The notes: generated from the sequence alone by a model not told the origin. A stretch of DNA of 32,148 nt from Candidatus Nomurabacteria bacterium (GCA_943356495.1 CALRFF010000001.1:158864-191011), one strand, 5' to 3'; positions 1 to 8,824 are shown, counted from the stretch's first letter. Translations and numbers: made by a program.

Positions 1-2
1 GC

Positions 3-560
3 GCCCAGCCTAAAGAAGGCAAACTTATCTTCAGCGAAAAAGGCTTTGACGACAAAGAAAAGCGCGAGCTTATTGCCAACTACCAAGTCGGCGACGCGGT
101 AGACGGCGAGGTAACCGGTATGGTCGACTTCGGCGTCTTTGTTAAGCTCGAGGAGGGGTTGGAGGGGTTGGTCCACATTTCCGAAATAGACTGGGGCTTG
201 GTAGACGACCCGCGCCATTTCTTTAAAGTTGGCGACAAAACCCGCGTCAAAATAATTGACATCAAAGACGGCAAGGTAAGCCTATCGGTCAAAGCGCTTA
301 AGGACAACCCGTGGCAGGTCGCTTCGGCCAAGTACAACAAGGGCGACAAAGTGGAGGGCGTGGTTATCAAGTTTAACAAGCACGGCGCGCTTGCCAGCAT
401 CGAGGAGGGTATCGCGGGCTTGGTGCACGTCAGCGAGTTCGGTACCGACGAAAAACTAAAGGCGACCCTCGAGCTCGGCAAGCGCTATCCGTTTACTATC
501 TCCCTCTTTGACCCTAAAGAGATGCGCATGGCACTCGCCTTCGCCGGAGACAAAAAGTAG
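3..560 (+). CDS. rpsA: 30S ribosomal protein S1-like S1-domain protein, 5'-truncated by the window edge
   Basis: The frame is open from position 3 through ORF 120..560. Two S1 repeats (GEVTGMVDFGVFVKLEEGLEGLVHISEI; GVVIKFNKHGALASIEEGIAGLVHVSE). Confidence 0.85.
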   Translation, partial: AQPKEGKLIFSEKGFDDKEKRELIANYQVGDAVDGEVTGMVDFGVFVKLEEGLEGLVHISEIDWGLVDDPRHFFKVGDKTRVKIIDIKDGKVSLSVKALKDNPWQVASAKYNKGDKVEGVVIKFNKHGALASIEEGIAGLVHVSEFGTDEKLKATLELGKRYPFTISLFDPKEMRMALAFAGDKK

Positions 561-567
561 TCTGGGC

Positions 568-640
568 GAAAAAAGCCGTAAAAAAGATTGTTAGACTTGG
601 CCTAGCGGCCCGGAGTGCAATCTTTTTTGTTGCTTTTTTC
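568..640. terminator. Long interrupted inverted repeat between convergent rpsA and pth; probable bidirectional terminator with a repeat core in its loop
   Basis: gaaaaaagc 568-576 pairs with gcttttttc 632-640, and aaaaaagattg 580-590 pairs with caatctttttt 618-628. The 27-nt loop carries the motif shared with the lepA insert. Confidence 0.65.
594..618. repeat. Dispersed repeat core, copy 1 (gacttggcctagcggcccggagtgc)
   Basis: 22/25 identical to 20111-20135; all three differences are transitions. Confidence 0.8.
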
Positions 641-644
641 TTAG

Positions 645-1175
645 CTACTTAGCATTTATAACGGTTTGCGCGGTCTCTTTGCTTTCGGTAACGATAAGCT
701 CGATTGCTTCGCCCACCACTTTGCGCACCTTTTTTAGTTTTTCTTTGTCGGCTGGTTTAAACTTGCCCAACACAAAGTCGGTTATCTTTTCCCCCTCGGG
801 GCGGCGTAGTTTGCCGCTCGCGGTCGAGGGCGATATACCCACGCGCACGCGCACATAGTCGCGCGTCTTAAGCGCCTGCTCGATAGACTTAACCCCGTTG
901 TGTCCGCCGGCCGATGAGCCGAAAGAGATTTTGACCTTGCCGAGCGGCAAGTCGAGCTCGTCATGCACCACAATAAGCCGGCTGGCCGCTTTTTTGCTTG
1001 TAATAAGCTTCTTTATAGGCCCGCCGGAGTGATTCATATATACATTAAGCTCGGCTACCTTTACTTTGTTAGGTAATTTCTCTGCCAAGGCAGCGACAAA
1101 GTCTTTGCCGACGTTATGGCGCGTCCCTACATACTCTGTATTGGGATTTCCGAGCCCTACTAGTATCCAACTCAT
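645..1175 (-). CDS. pth: Peptidyl-tRNA hydrolase
   Basis: MSWILVGLGNP..YVGTRHNVG, VYMNHSG, LIVVHDELDLPLGKVKI..GSSAGGHNGVKS, RVRVGI. Start set at ATG 1175. Confidence 0.95.
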   Translation of the reverse strand: MSWILVGLGNPNTEYVGTRHNVGKDFVAALAEKLPNKVKVAELNVYMNHSGGPIKKLITSKKAASRLIVVHDELDLPLGKVKISFGSSAGGHNGVKSIEQALKTRDYVRVRVGISPSTASGKLRRPEGEKITDFVLGKFKPADKEKLKKVRKVVGEAIELIVTESKETAQTVINAK

Positions 1176-1182
1176 GTGGTGT

Positions 1183-1224
1183 AGTGTATCAAGCACTTGC
1201 ACAGTTGCCAAAGGAGCATACAAT
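1183..1224. promoter_or_regulatory. Overlapping divergent sigma70-like promoters for pth (-) and lepB (+)
   Basis: Minus strand: TTGGCA(1211-1206)-17-TACACT(1188-1183), 7 nt before ATG. Plus strand: TTGCAC(1197-1202)-16-TACAAT(1219-1224), 6 nt before ATG. Confidence 0.6.
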
Positions 1225-1230
1225 GTCTGC

Positions 1231-1785
1231 ATGCCGCAGGAGAAAAGTGAAAACTTCTTCACCGAACTCCTCAAATTTATATTCGTCGCCGCGCTTATCG
1301 TGGTCCCGTTGCGCTTGTTTGTAGCACAGCCCTTTATTGTCTCCGGCGCGTCGATGGACCCGACCTTTCAGAACGGACAATACCTGATAGTCGACGAGCT
1401 TACCTACCAACTTGGGGCGCCGTCGCGCGGCGATGTCATTATCTTCCGCTACCCGAAGGACCAGACACAGTTTTTTATCAAACGCATTATCGGGCTCCCC
1501 GGCGAAACCGTGCGCATCGACAACAACAAGGTAGAAGTAACGCGCGTAGACGGCAGCACCGTAACGCTTACCGAGTCGTATGTGGTTAATCTGGGCAACG
1601 GCAGCAACGCCACCTACCCGCTCGGTACAGACGAGTACTTTGTGATGGGCGACAACCGGCCGGAAAGCTCCGACAGCCGCTCGTGGGGCGTGTTGCCGCG
1701 CAAAAATATCGTGGGGCGCGCGTTCATACGCTTGCTACCCGTACACACCATCAGCATCCTCCCCGGCAGTACAAAAACTCAATAG
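1231..1785 (+). CDS. lepB: Signal peptidase I
   Basis: N-terminal TM helix, then VSGASMDPT (catalytic Ser), RGDVIIF, FFIKRIIGLPGETV (catalytic Lys), YFVMGDNRPESSDSR. Confidence 0.95.
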   Translation: MPQEKSENFFTELLKFIFVAALIVVPLRLFVAQPFIVSGASMDPTFQNGQYLIVDELTYQLGAPSRGDVIIFRYPKDQTQFFIKRIIGLPGETVRIDNNKVEVTRVDGSTVTLTESYVVNLGNGSNATYPLGTDEYFVMGDNRPESSDSRSWGVLPRKNIVGRAFIRLLPVHTISILPGSTKTQ

Positions 1786-1786
1786 C

Positions 1787-2962
1787 ATGCCGGCACCTAC
1801 CCGACCATCGCCCGCCTCGTTTATAAAGCACGCGGCCGACGTGGCATCCTTTTACGGATTCCGCCCTGTGCGCGAGGTCGAGCGACAAGCACGCACGCAC
1901 AAAGGCCACGAGCTCGAGCGCGTGCGCACGCACAACTTTGCCAGCGTCTCTGCGGTGTGCACCACCTGTACCACTTTGCTAACGCCCCAGCCCGCGCTTG
2001 CGTGGTGGGCCGGCCCCGCGCCACTCCACCTGCCGCTGGATCTCGCCGCCCTGCCTGCCGGCAGGCAGGGCGGGTTTGCCGAATTCGGCCTGCATATTGC
2101 CGGCACGCAAGAAAGCGTCGGTGAGGTGGTGCTGCTTAAAACCATGGCAACGATTATCACCGAGTGGGGTACGCCGCTGCAACGGGTGCGTTTAAACGCG
2201 CTCGGCGACAAGGACTCTAAGTTGCGCTACTCGCGCGAACTGCAGTTTTACTTCCGTAAGCATGCCGGCTCGCTGTGCGAAACCTGCCGCACACGGACCG
2301 CGCAAGACCCGCTGGCGCCTTTTTCCTGCGCCAACGAGCAGTGCCACGCGGTTGCCGCGGGTGCGCCGCGGGCGATGAACTTTTTGTCCGAAAAGAGTCG
2401 CGCCCACTTCCGCGACGTGCTCGAGCATGTCGAAGGTCTTGCTATCCCCTACGAGCTCGACGATTTGTTGGTGGCCGACGAGCGCGAGTCGCAACTACTC
2501 TTTGCCTTTGACCTCGAGGGGCCGGACGCAACCCTACAGGGCGCGGTCGGCGGCCGTTTTGACGACTATGTGCGCAAACAAAGCAACCGCAAAGATACTT
2601 CGGGACTCTCTGCAAGTATTTTCTTCCGCAAAAAGGGGTTGGGTCCGACCAACTTTACCTCCCCACCCCGCGCCCGCCCGCCGCGCGTATTTTTTGTGCA
2701 ACTGGGCCTGCGCGCCAAACTAAAGGGCCTCTCGGTGCTCGACGACCTGCGCCACGCGCAGGTGCCGGTTATGCAGTCTTTTGACGCGGCAAAACTTACC
2801 CCGCAACTCGACGCCGCGCGCGCGGCCGGAGTATCGCATCTTATTATCATGGGCCAGCGCGAGGCTTTAGACGGCACGATTATTATCCGCGAGTTAGGCA
2901 ACAGTTCGCAGACCATACTACAAGTAGGCCAGCTGCCGCGATTTCTAAAAACCCTCCGATAA
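1787..2962 (+). CDS. Histidyl-tRNA synthetase-like paralog with degenerate catalytic motifs and an intact-looking C-terminal anticodon-binding domain
   Basis: ASFYGF, FGLHIAG, LNALGD..R..Y...L..YF, CETC..DPL..C..C insert, GGRFD. C-terminal HGTP-type domain (QL..A...GVSHLIIMGQREALDGTIIIREL). Confidence 0.75.
   Translation: MPAPTRPSPASFIKHAADVASFYGFRPVREVERQARTHKGHELERVRTHNFASVSAVCTTCTTLLTPQPALAWWAGPAPLHLPLDLAALPAGRQGGFAEFGLHIAGTQESVGEVVLLKTMATIITEWGTPLQRVRLNALGDKDSKLRYSRELQFYFRKHAGSLCETCRTRTAQDPLAPFSCANEQCHAVAAGAPRAMNFLSEKSRAHFRDVLEHVEGLAIPYELDDLLVADERESQLLFAFDLEGPDATLQGAVGGRFDDYVRKQSNRKDTSGLSASIFFRKKGLGPTNFTSPPRARPPRVFFVQLGLRAKLKGLSVLDDLRHAQVPVMQSFDAAKLTPQLDAARAAGVSHLIIMGQREALDGTIIIRELGNSSQTILQVGQLPRFLKTLR
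2046..2073. repeat. Perfect 28-bp palindrome inside the HisRS-like CDS
   Basis: ccgccctgcctgccggcaggcagggcgg is its own reverse complement and encodes AALPAGRQGG. Confidence 0.9.
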
Positions 2963-3013
2963 CCGCGGGTTTTCTTGCCCGAAATACGGCTCTATGGTAT
3001 TGTTCTTGGCGCA

Positions 3014-3265
3014 ATGGCAACCAACGCAGAGGTCAGTAAAAACGAGGGCGAAACGACGATCAACCTGATTCGCCGCTTTTCTAAACGCGTCCAAGGGGCG
3101 GGAGTTATTACCCGTATCCGCGGCAACCGCTACTACGAACGCAGCAAGTCCAAGCTTGTTAAACGCAAAGGCGCCCTTAAGCGCATTTCGCGCCGCGAGG
3201 AGGTCACCGAGCTTATTAAACTCGGCAAGATGGTAGAGACTCCTAAGCGCGGCCGCCGCCGCTAA
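3014..3265 (+). CDS. rpsU: 30S ribosomal protein S21
   Basis: EVSKNEGETTINLIRRFSKRVQGAGV...RYYERSKSK..KRKGA; small basic protein. Start at ATG 3014. Confidence 0.8.
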   Translation: MATNAEVSKNEGETTINLIRRFSKRVQGAGVITRIRGNRYYERSKSKLVKRKGALKRISRREEVTELIKLGKMVETPKRGRRR

Positions 3266-3267
3266 GC

Positions 3268-3756
3268 GTGACCGCGCAGTTTCAAAACATTAAAGACGCG
3301 GTGCTGGGCAAGCGATATGACCTATCGCTTGCCGTCATATCGCCCGCCGCTATGCGGCGGGCGATGAAATATAAAAGCAGGCCCGCCAAAAAGACCTCCA
3401 ACGTACTCTCCTTCCCCCTTTCTAAAACCTCCGGCGAAATACTTATCTGCAAACAGGCGGCCAAGCCGTTTAGCGTTGCCTATCTTTTTATCCACGGGCT
3501 ACTGCACCTAAAAGGCCGTACACATAGTGCTACAATGGAGCGTGAAGAGCGCAAAGTCTTAGCGCGTTTCAAACTTTCCCAATGGCAAAAATCGTCACAG
3601 GCATCGATGTCGGCACCTACCACGTTAAAGTCGTCATCGCGGAGCGCTCCGACGACCCGCGGCAAGCGCCGCGCATCCTCGGCACCGGCTACGCGGAAAG
3701 CCGCGGGCTCAAGCAGGGCTACATCGTCTCGGTCCCCGAGGTCGCGCGCTCGATAG
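3268..3756 (+). CDS. ybeY: YbeY rRNA maturation endoribonuclease; the conserved part ends near 3580 and the ORF reads on into ftsA in another frame
   Basis: SNVLSFP, GEILIC, HGLLHLKGRTH (H-x3-H-x5-H zinc motif). GTG start. Confidence 0.8.
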   Translation: MTAQFQNIKDAVLGKRYDLSLAVISPAAMRRAMKYKSRPAKKTSNVLSFPLSKTSGEILICKQAAKPFSVAYLFIHGLLHLKGRTHSATMEREERKVLARFKLSQWQKSSQASMSAPTTLKSSSRSAPTTRGKRRASSAPATRKAAGSSRATSSRSPRSRAR

Positions 3757-4760
3757 CGGCGGCAACGGCCCAAGCCAGCCGTGCGGCAAGGGTCAAGGTC
3801 AAAAAGGCCTATTTGGCCGTGGGTGGTATCGGGCTCGACGAGGCTTCTGCCCGCGGCGAAACAGTGGTAGAGCGCGGCGACTCGGAAATTACCGAGCGCG
3901 ACATGCCCCGCGCCATCAAAAACAGTGAGGTGGCTTTGCCCTCGGCCGCCACCCTAAACCGCAAAACAATACACACCATACCCCTGCGCTATTTTGTCGA
4001 CGGCGGTCGGGTGCTGGGCCGCTCTCCCGCGGGCATGAAGGGTATGCGCTTGGCGGTTGAGTGCCTGTTTATCACCTGCCTCGAGCGGCATGTAAACGAC
4101 CTTGTCCGCGCGGTAGAAGAGGCCGGCATCGAGGTAGAAGACGTGGTCGCCTCGCCTCTTGCAGCCAGCTTTGTGGCGCTTACCAAAATGCAAAAACGGG
4201 TCGGGTGCGTGCTGGCCAACATCGGATCGGAAACACTTTCTATCATTGTATTTGAGGATGCGGTGCCGGTGTCGATAAAAGTATTTCCCGTCGGATCTAG
4301 CGACGTCACCAACGACCTTGCGCTGGGTCTGCGCATCAGCCCCGAAGAGGCCGAACAACTAAAACAAGGCGCCGTGCTGGGCGCCCCGTACCCCAAACGC
4401 AAGATAGACGACCTTATCAACCGCCGCATTTCCGACATGTTTAAGTTGGTCGAAGCCCATCTTAAAAAAATCGGTAAAGACGAGCTGCTGCCCGCCGGCA
4501 TTATATTGACCGGCGGCGGTTCGGCTATACAAACCGTGGCCGACTTGGCCAAGGCGGTACTACGCCTCCCCAGCCGCGCGGCGGCGCTTGAGGGCGCGGC
4601 AGCCGAGCGCATGCAACTGCGCGACAGCAGTTGGGCGGTCGCCTATGGGCTCACCATCTGGGGCTTTAGCGAAGGCGGTGAGTTTGAGCCGGGTGAGACT
4701 TCTACCCTGTCCGAAACCTTCCACGGCGCCCTCCGCTGGTTCAAGAAATTTCTCCCGTAA
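3582..4760 (+). CDS. ftsA: Cell division protein FtsA
   Basis: GIDVGTYHVKVVI, GLKQGYIV, NIGSETLS, DVTNDLALGL....EAEQLK, GIILTGGGS. Confidence 0.95.
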   Translation: MAKIVTGIDVGTYHVKVVIAERSDDPRQAPRILGTGYAESRGLKQGYIVSVPEVARSIAAATAQASRAARVKVKKAYLAVGGIGLDEASARGETVVERGDSEITERDMPRAIKNSEVALPSAATLNRKTIHTIPLRYFVDGGRVLGRSPAGMKGMRLAVECLFITCLERHVNDLVRAVEEAGIEVEDVVASPLAASFVALTKMQKRVGCVLANIGSETLSIIVFEDAVPVSIKVFPVGSSDVTNDLALGLRISPEEAEQLKQGAVLGAPYPKRKIDDLINRRISDMFKLVEAHLKKIGKDELLPAGIILTGGGSAIQTVADLAKAVLRLPSRAAALEGAAAERMQLRDSSWAVAYGLTIWGFSEGGEFEPGETSTLSETFHGALRWFKKFLP

Positions 4761-4772
4761 TTTTTAAAAGTT

Positions 4773-4804
4773 AAACGGCCCTTTGATAGGGCCGTTTTTT
4801 GTTT
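4773..4804 (+). terminator. Rho-independent terminator after ftsA
   Basis: aaacggccct-ttgat-agggccgttt stem followed by a T-run. Confidence 0.75.
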
Positions 4805-4822
4805 CTTCGTACGGTCACTGTT

Positions 4823-4881
4823 TTGACACGAAATACTCCTTGCCGCTAGTCTTTGCAAAGCCCTGGCGCGGGTAGTAAAGT
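4823..4881 (+). promoter_or_regulatory. Two tandem sigma70-like promoters upstream of ftsZ
   Basis: TTGACA(4823)-18-TAGTCT(4847) and TTGCAA(4853)-17-TAAAGT(4876). Confidence 0.5.
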
Positions 4882-4920
4882 GTGTGGGCATCTAACAGGG
4901 ATCTCTAATTATTTTATCTT

Positions 4921-6108
4921 ATGCCGCAACTTGAACCAGACGTAGAAGCATTTGCACGGATCCGTGTCGTGGGTGTGGGCGGCTCGGGTAAAAACGCGGT
5001 CAATCATATGATCGACAGCAAGATCCGCGGCGTCGACTTTATCGCGATCAACACCGATGCACAGGACCTCCATCACTCGATGGCGAAGAAAAAAATACAC
5101 ATCGGCAAAAACCTTACCCGCGGCCTCGGTGCCGGTATGAATCCGGAAATAGGCAAACGCGCGTCTGAAGAAACTAAGGAAGAAATCCAGCAGGCTATCA
5201 AAGGCAGCGACATGGTGTTTATCGCCGGCGGTATGGGCGGCGGCACCGGCACCGGTGCGGCACCGGTTGTTGCGCGAACTGCTAAAGAGTTGGGTGCGCT
5301 CACGGTTGCGGTTACTACCAAGCCATTTTCGTTCGAAGGTCAGCAGCGCATGCGCTTGGCCGAAGCGGGCCTCGAGGAGCTCCGCAAAGAAGTAGACGCG
5401 CTTATTGTTGTCCCTAACGATCGTCTGCTTGCCACAGTTGCCAAAGACACCACGCTAAAGGCCGCGTTTGCGATGTGCGACGATGTGCTTAAGCAAGCGG
5501 TCGAGGGTATCTCCGACCTTATTACCCACCCGGGTATTATTAACGTCGACTTTGCCGACATCCGCGCGGTAATGGAAAATGCGGGATCGGCGCTTATGGG
5601 CATCGGCATCGCTTCGGGAGAGAATCGCGCCGCTATGGCCGCAAAAGCAGCCGTCTCCTCGCCGCTGCTTGAGTTGTCTATCAACGGCGCCAAGGGCGTG
5701 TTGTTTGCCATTGCCGGCGGCGACGACTTGGGCATGCTCGAAGTGCACGAGGCCGCAAAGATAATTACCGAGTCGGTCGACCCGAACGCAAAAATTATCT
5801 TCGGAGCTATCAAAGACGATAAACTAAAGAAAAACGAGGTGCGCGTTACCGTAATTGCCACCGGATTCCCCTCTCCGGGCATCGCCCCCCGCGGCACGCC
5901 GCTGTTCGGCAGCTTTACCGCCCGCGAAAAGGATACGGACGTAGCGCCCTTGGGCAAGCTATACAACCCATCCGCGGCTAAGGAGGAAAAAAAGGCCGAA
6001 CCTAAAAAGGCCGAACCGATTGCCGAGGCCAAGCCTAAAGTAATAGACGACGAAGATGACGAGTGGGGTGCGGTGCCCTCATTTCTCCGCAGACCAAAAA
6101 TAAAGTAA
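4921..6108 (+). CDS. ftsZ: Cell division protein FtsZ
   Basis: [22 protein letters not shown] tubulin signature, INVDFAD, C-terminal VPSFLRR. Confidence 0.98.
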   Translation: MPQLEPDVEAFARIRVVGVGGSGKNAVNHMIDSKIRGVDFIAINTDAQDLHHSMAKKKIHIGKNLTRGLGAGMNPEIGKRASEETKEEIQQAIKGSDMVFIAGGMGGGTGTGAAPVVARTAKELGALTVAVTTKPFSFEGQQRMRLAEAGLEELRKEVDALIVVPNDRLLATVAKDTTLKAAFAMCDDVLKQAVEGISDLITHPGIINVDFADIRAVMENAGSALMGIGIASGENRAAMAAKAAVSSPLLELSINGAKGVLFAIAGGDDLGMLEVHEAAKIITESVDPNAKIIFGAIKDDKLKKNEVRVTVIATGFPSPGIAPRGTPLFGSFTAREKDTDVAPLGKLYNPSAAKEEKKAEPKKAEPIAEAKPKVIDDEDDEWGAVPSFLRRPKIK

Positions 6109-6118
6109 GATAGTAAGA

Positions 6119-7057
6119 ATGTACGATCTTGCAATTATCGGCGGCGGGCCCGCGGGCGTGGCGGCGGGCGTGTACGCGGCGCGCAAGCGGCTTAAAACAT
6201 TATTTATTGCCGAGATGATAGGTGGGCAGTCGACCGACAGCCAAGATATACAAAACTGGATAGGCACGCCGCATATTAGCGGTATGGACTTGGCTAAAGC
6301 GCTTGAAAAGCATCTCCGAGAGTACGCTGACGGCCCGGGCGACGTGGACGTCGACCTAAAAATAGGCGAGCGCGCCACCAAAGTCGAAAAGACCGAAGGC
6401 GCTTTTTCTATTGCCACAAACAAAACAACCTACTTGGCAAAAACGGTGCTGGTAGCGGCAGGCGGCTCGCGCAAAAAGCTCGAGGTCAAAGGCGCCGCCG
6501 AGTTTGAGCACAAAGGCGTTACCTACTGCGCTTCCTGCGACGGGCCTATTTTTGCCGAGCAGGACGTAGTGGTTATCGGCGGCGGCAATGCGGGGTTTGA
6601 AACGGCGGCTCAACTCTTGGCTTACTGCAAGTCGGTAACGCTTATACACCGGCAAGAAGAGTTTTTGCGCGCGGACGCGGCAACGGTCAATGCCGTACTC
6701 GCCCACCCGAAGATGAAGGTGATAAAAAACGCCGAGCCGGTTGAGATCAAAGGTGCGCAGTTTGTCAGCAGTATCGTGGTTAAAGACAAAGTCAGCGGCG
6801 TATTGAGCGAGGTGCCGACCGTCGCCGTCTTTGTCGAGATAGGCATGGTATCCAATACCGACTTTGTTAAAGAGCTTGTCGCGCTCGACGAGTGGGGCCG
6901 CGTTAAAATAGACGGCAAGAGTCAGCGCGCCAGCATCGAAGGTATCTGGGCCGCGGGCGACTGCTCGGACGGCCTGTACCACCAAAACAACATCGCCGCG
7001 GGCGACGCGGTCAAAGCGCTCGAGGACATCTACTACTTTTTGAAAGCGGGGAAATAA
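6119..7057 (+). CDS. trxB: Thioredoxin reductase / AhpF C-terminal-like pyridine nucleotide-disulfide oxidoreductase
   Basis: IIGGGPAG FAD motif, GVTYCASCDG redox CxxC, VIGGGNAG, GIWAAGDC. Confidence 0.85.
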   Translation: MYDLAIIGGGPAGVAAGVYAARKRLKTLFIAEMIGGQSTDSQDIQNWIGTPHISGMDLAKALEKHLREYADGPGDVDVDLKIGERATKVEKTEGAFSIATNKTTYLAKTVLVAAGGSRKKLEVKGAAEFEHKGVTYCASCDGPIFAEQDVVVIGGGNAGFETAAQLLAYCKSVTLIHRQEEFLRADAATVNAVLAHPKMKVIKNAEPVEIKGAQFVSSIVVKDKVSGVLSEVPTVAVFVEIGMVSNTDFVKELVALDEWGRVKIDGKSQRASIEGIWAAGDCSDGLYHQNNIAAGDAVKALEDIYYFLKAGK

Positions 7058-8419
7058 TTATCGCCGAGGAATATCAAAAATAGACTTCGGTACCTGCTCC
7101 CCCGCCACATGGCGGGCTATTTTGCGGCCGCCCATTATCGAGGGCAAAATGCCGACACCGTTGCAGCCGAGGTTGTAGAGTAGAATCGCGTTTTGCGGCT
7201 CGGGCCCCACCATGCGCATGCCGTTTTGGGTATAGCCCATAAGCCCGTGCCAGGTAAACTCATACGTCACCGGCGTGTGATGTTCGGGGGCGTAGATGTC
7301 GTGGATAAACTTACTGAGTATATCCATTGCATACTCGGGGTACTCCGACTCGCGCGAGTACAGCTCGTCCTCAAACGGCTCTTCGGGGCCGCCTATAGAA
7401 ATGAGGTTATGCTCCTCGCCTCTTTGAAACTCATACGGCCGGCGGGTCAGGTAATAGTACGGCAAGTCTTCCGTAGGCTCTGCCGGAGTTTCGTAACTGG
7501 TAGCTACCGGCGGGTTGTCCGGCTTTTCCAGATATGCCGACATGTACGCGACGCGCCCGCGCAACAGGTGGTGGTAGCGTGCGTCGACCTCGAGGCCGTT
7601 TTCGTTGATGATATGCAGGTTTTCAAACCCGTTAGTACAAAGCACCACCTGCTTGGCCGTAACCGTGTGGGAGTCGGCATCGAGCAGCGCCGAGTCGGTA
7701 TGCAAGATAATTTTATGTACCGGTGCATGCTCGTACAGCGCAAAGCGCTTGGGGTAGGTTGCCGTCAGATACTCGAGCATCTTTTCGCAAAAAAGGGCGC
7801 TGTTAACGCACCCGCGTTTTTGCGAGGACACGGCCATAAAGAGCGGGTTGCTCGTTTCAAGCATCTCGAGCACCTGCTTGTGCGGCACCGCGCGATACAG
7901 CCCCGCGTACTGCGGCGGTATGGCGTCTATAAACGGCGCATGGACTGCAACGGCCATATGCTCCGGCACAAGCCCGTGCTCGCGCTTAAGACGGGCCTCT
8001 TCGAGCGCCCGCACCACCTGTTCAAAGGTCGAGTATCCGTCATGCCCGAGCCCGCGGCTAAAAAATATGTCGAGTGTGGCGTCGGTATACATTTCTTCGA
8101 GCAGGCCCCATGCGTCGTCTATCGACTGTTGCCCCTTAACCGCCAAGTCCGCCCCGAACTCTTGCACCATGGCGGTAAACCCTTTTTCAAAATAGCTGGC
8201 AACTTGCCCCGCGTTGTGGCCGGTTGCGCCGTGCGCGAGCTTAAACTTTTCTAACACCACTACACTACGCTTCGTGTACTTAAGTATAAAAAACGAGGTG
8301 GCAATGCCCGCGATGCCGGCGCCCACCACCACGGTGTCGGCTTGTAGGTCTTGCCGCAACGAACGGTGCTCACGGCTCTTGTCGAGCTGATGTATCCACG
8401 GGGAATAATTTTTCCTCAT
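7058..8419 (-). CDS. FAD-dependent oxidoreductase, DAO/PuuB-like family
   Basis: VVVGAGIAG..T, GATGHNAG, VVLCTNG, WHGLMGYT......VG, GCNGVGI. Confidence 0.8.
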   Translation of the reverse strand: MRKNYSPWIHQLDKSREHRSLRQDLQADTVVVGAGIAGIATSFFILKYTKRSVVVLEKFKLAHGATGHNAGQVASYFEKGFTAMVQEFGADLAVKGQQSIDDAWGLLEEMYTDATLDIFFSRGLGHDGYSTFEQVVRALEEARLKREHGLVPEHMAVAVHAPFIDAIPPQYAGLYRAVPHKQVLEMLETSNPLFMAVSSQKRGCVNSALFCEKMLEYLTATYPKRFALYEHAPVHKIILHTDSALLDADSHTVTAKQVVLCTNGFENLHIINENGLEVDARYHHLLRGRVAYMSAYLEKPDNPPVATSYETPAEPTEDLPYYYLTRRPYEFQRGEEHNLISIGGPEEPFEDELYSRESEYPEYAMDILSKFIHDIYAPEHHTPVTYEFTWHGLMGYTQNGMRMVGPEPQNAILLYNLGCNGVGILPSIMGGRKIARHVAGEQVPKSIFDIPRR

Positions 8420-8817
8420 GGAGTTGGTTTGTCCTGCTTGGCCACCAGCGTGTCCAGCCCGTCTTGCATATGGTCGAGTTTAGAAAGAATTTCCGCGGCC
8501 TGCGCCTTTTCGGTTGTAAGTATTTCTTTTTCGGTCATTTCTGTCAGCTTTTTTTCGCGCTTAAAGCCCGAAAGTATAATGCTGTCGCCTATAAAAAACG
8601 ATACCAGCAAACCGGAGGCAAGCAGTATGATAACCCCCGCCGCAACCGAACCGATGCCGTGGAGCGCCGGCACCGCTTCGGCAATCTCCCACACGCCTTT
8701 CCAGAGCAAAATAATCCCCACCGCGCCGATAAGCGAGTAGAGTATGGGGCTGTGGCTAAGCCGTATGCGCACCTTGTCTTCCAATTTGTCAAAAAAGCTG
8801 ACTACGCGTTTAAGCAT
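8416..8817 (-). CDS. Hypothetical membrane protein (2-3 TM, C-terminal coiled coil)
   Basis: Hydrophobic segments LIGAVGIILLW and GVIILLASGLLVSFFIG. ATGA overlap with the downstream gene; -10 TATAGT 6 nt before ATG 8817. Confidence 0.7.
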   Translation of the reverse strand: MLKRVVSFFDKLEDKVRIRLSHSPILYSLIGAVGIILLWKGVWEIAEAVPALHGIGSVAAGVIILLASGLLVSFFIGDSIILSGFKREKKLTEMTEKEILTTEKAQAAEILSKLDHMQDGLDTLVAKQDKPTP

Positions 8818-8824
8818 AGCTTTA

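Noticed and set aside
1066-1274. Extended overlapping N-termini of pth and lepB in the ORF track (likewise for grx, tsaD and the 17554 gene)
   Set aside because: The extensions cross divergent promoters or tRNA genes; downstream ATGs match the family N-termini.
7193-8254. 353-aa plus-strand ORF
   Set aside because: Antisense shadow of the FAD oxidoreductase, with no motifs; long antisense ORFs are expected in GC-rich coding DNA.
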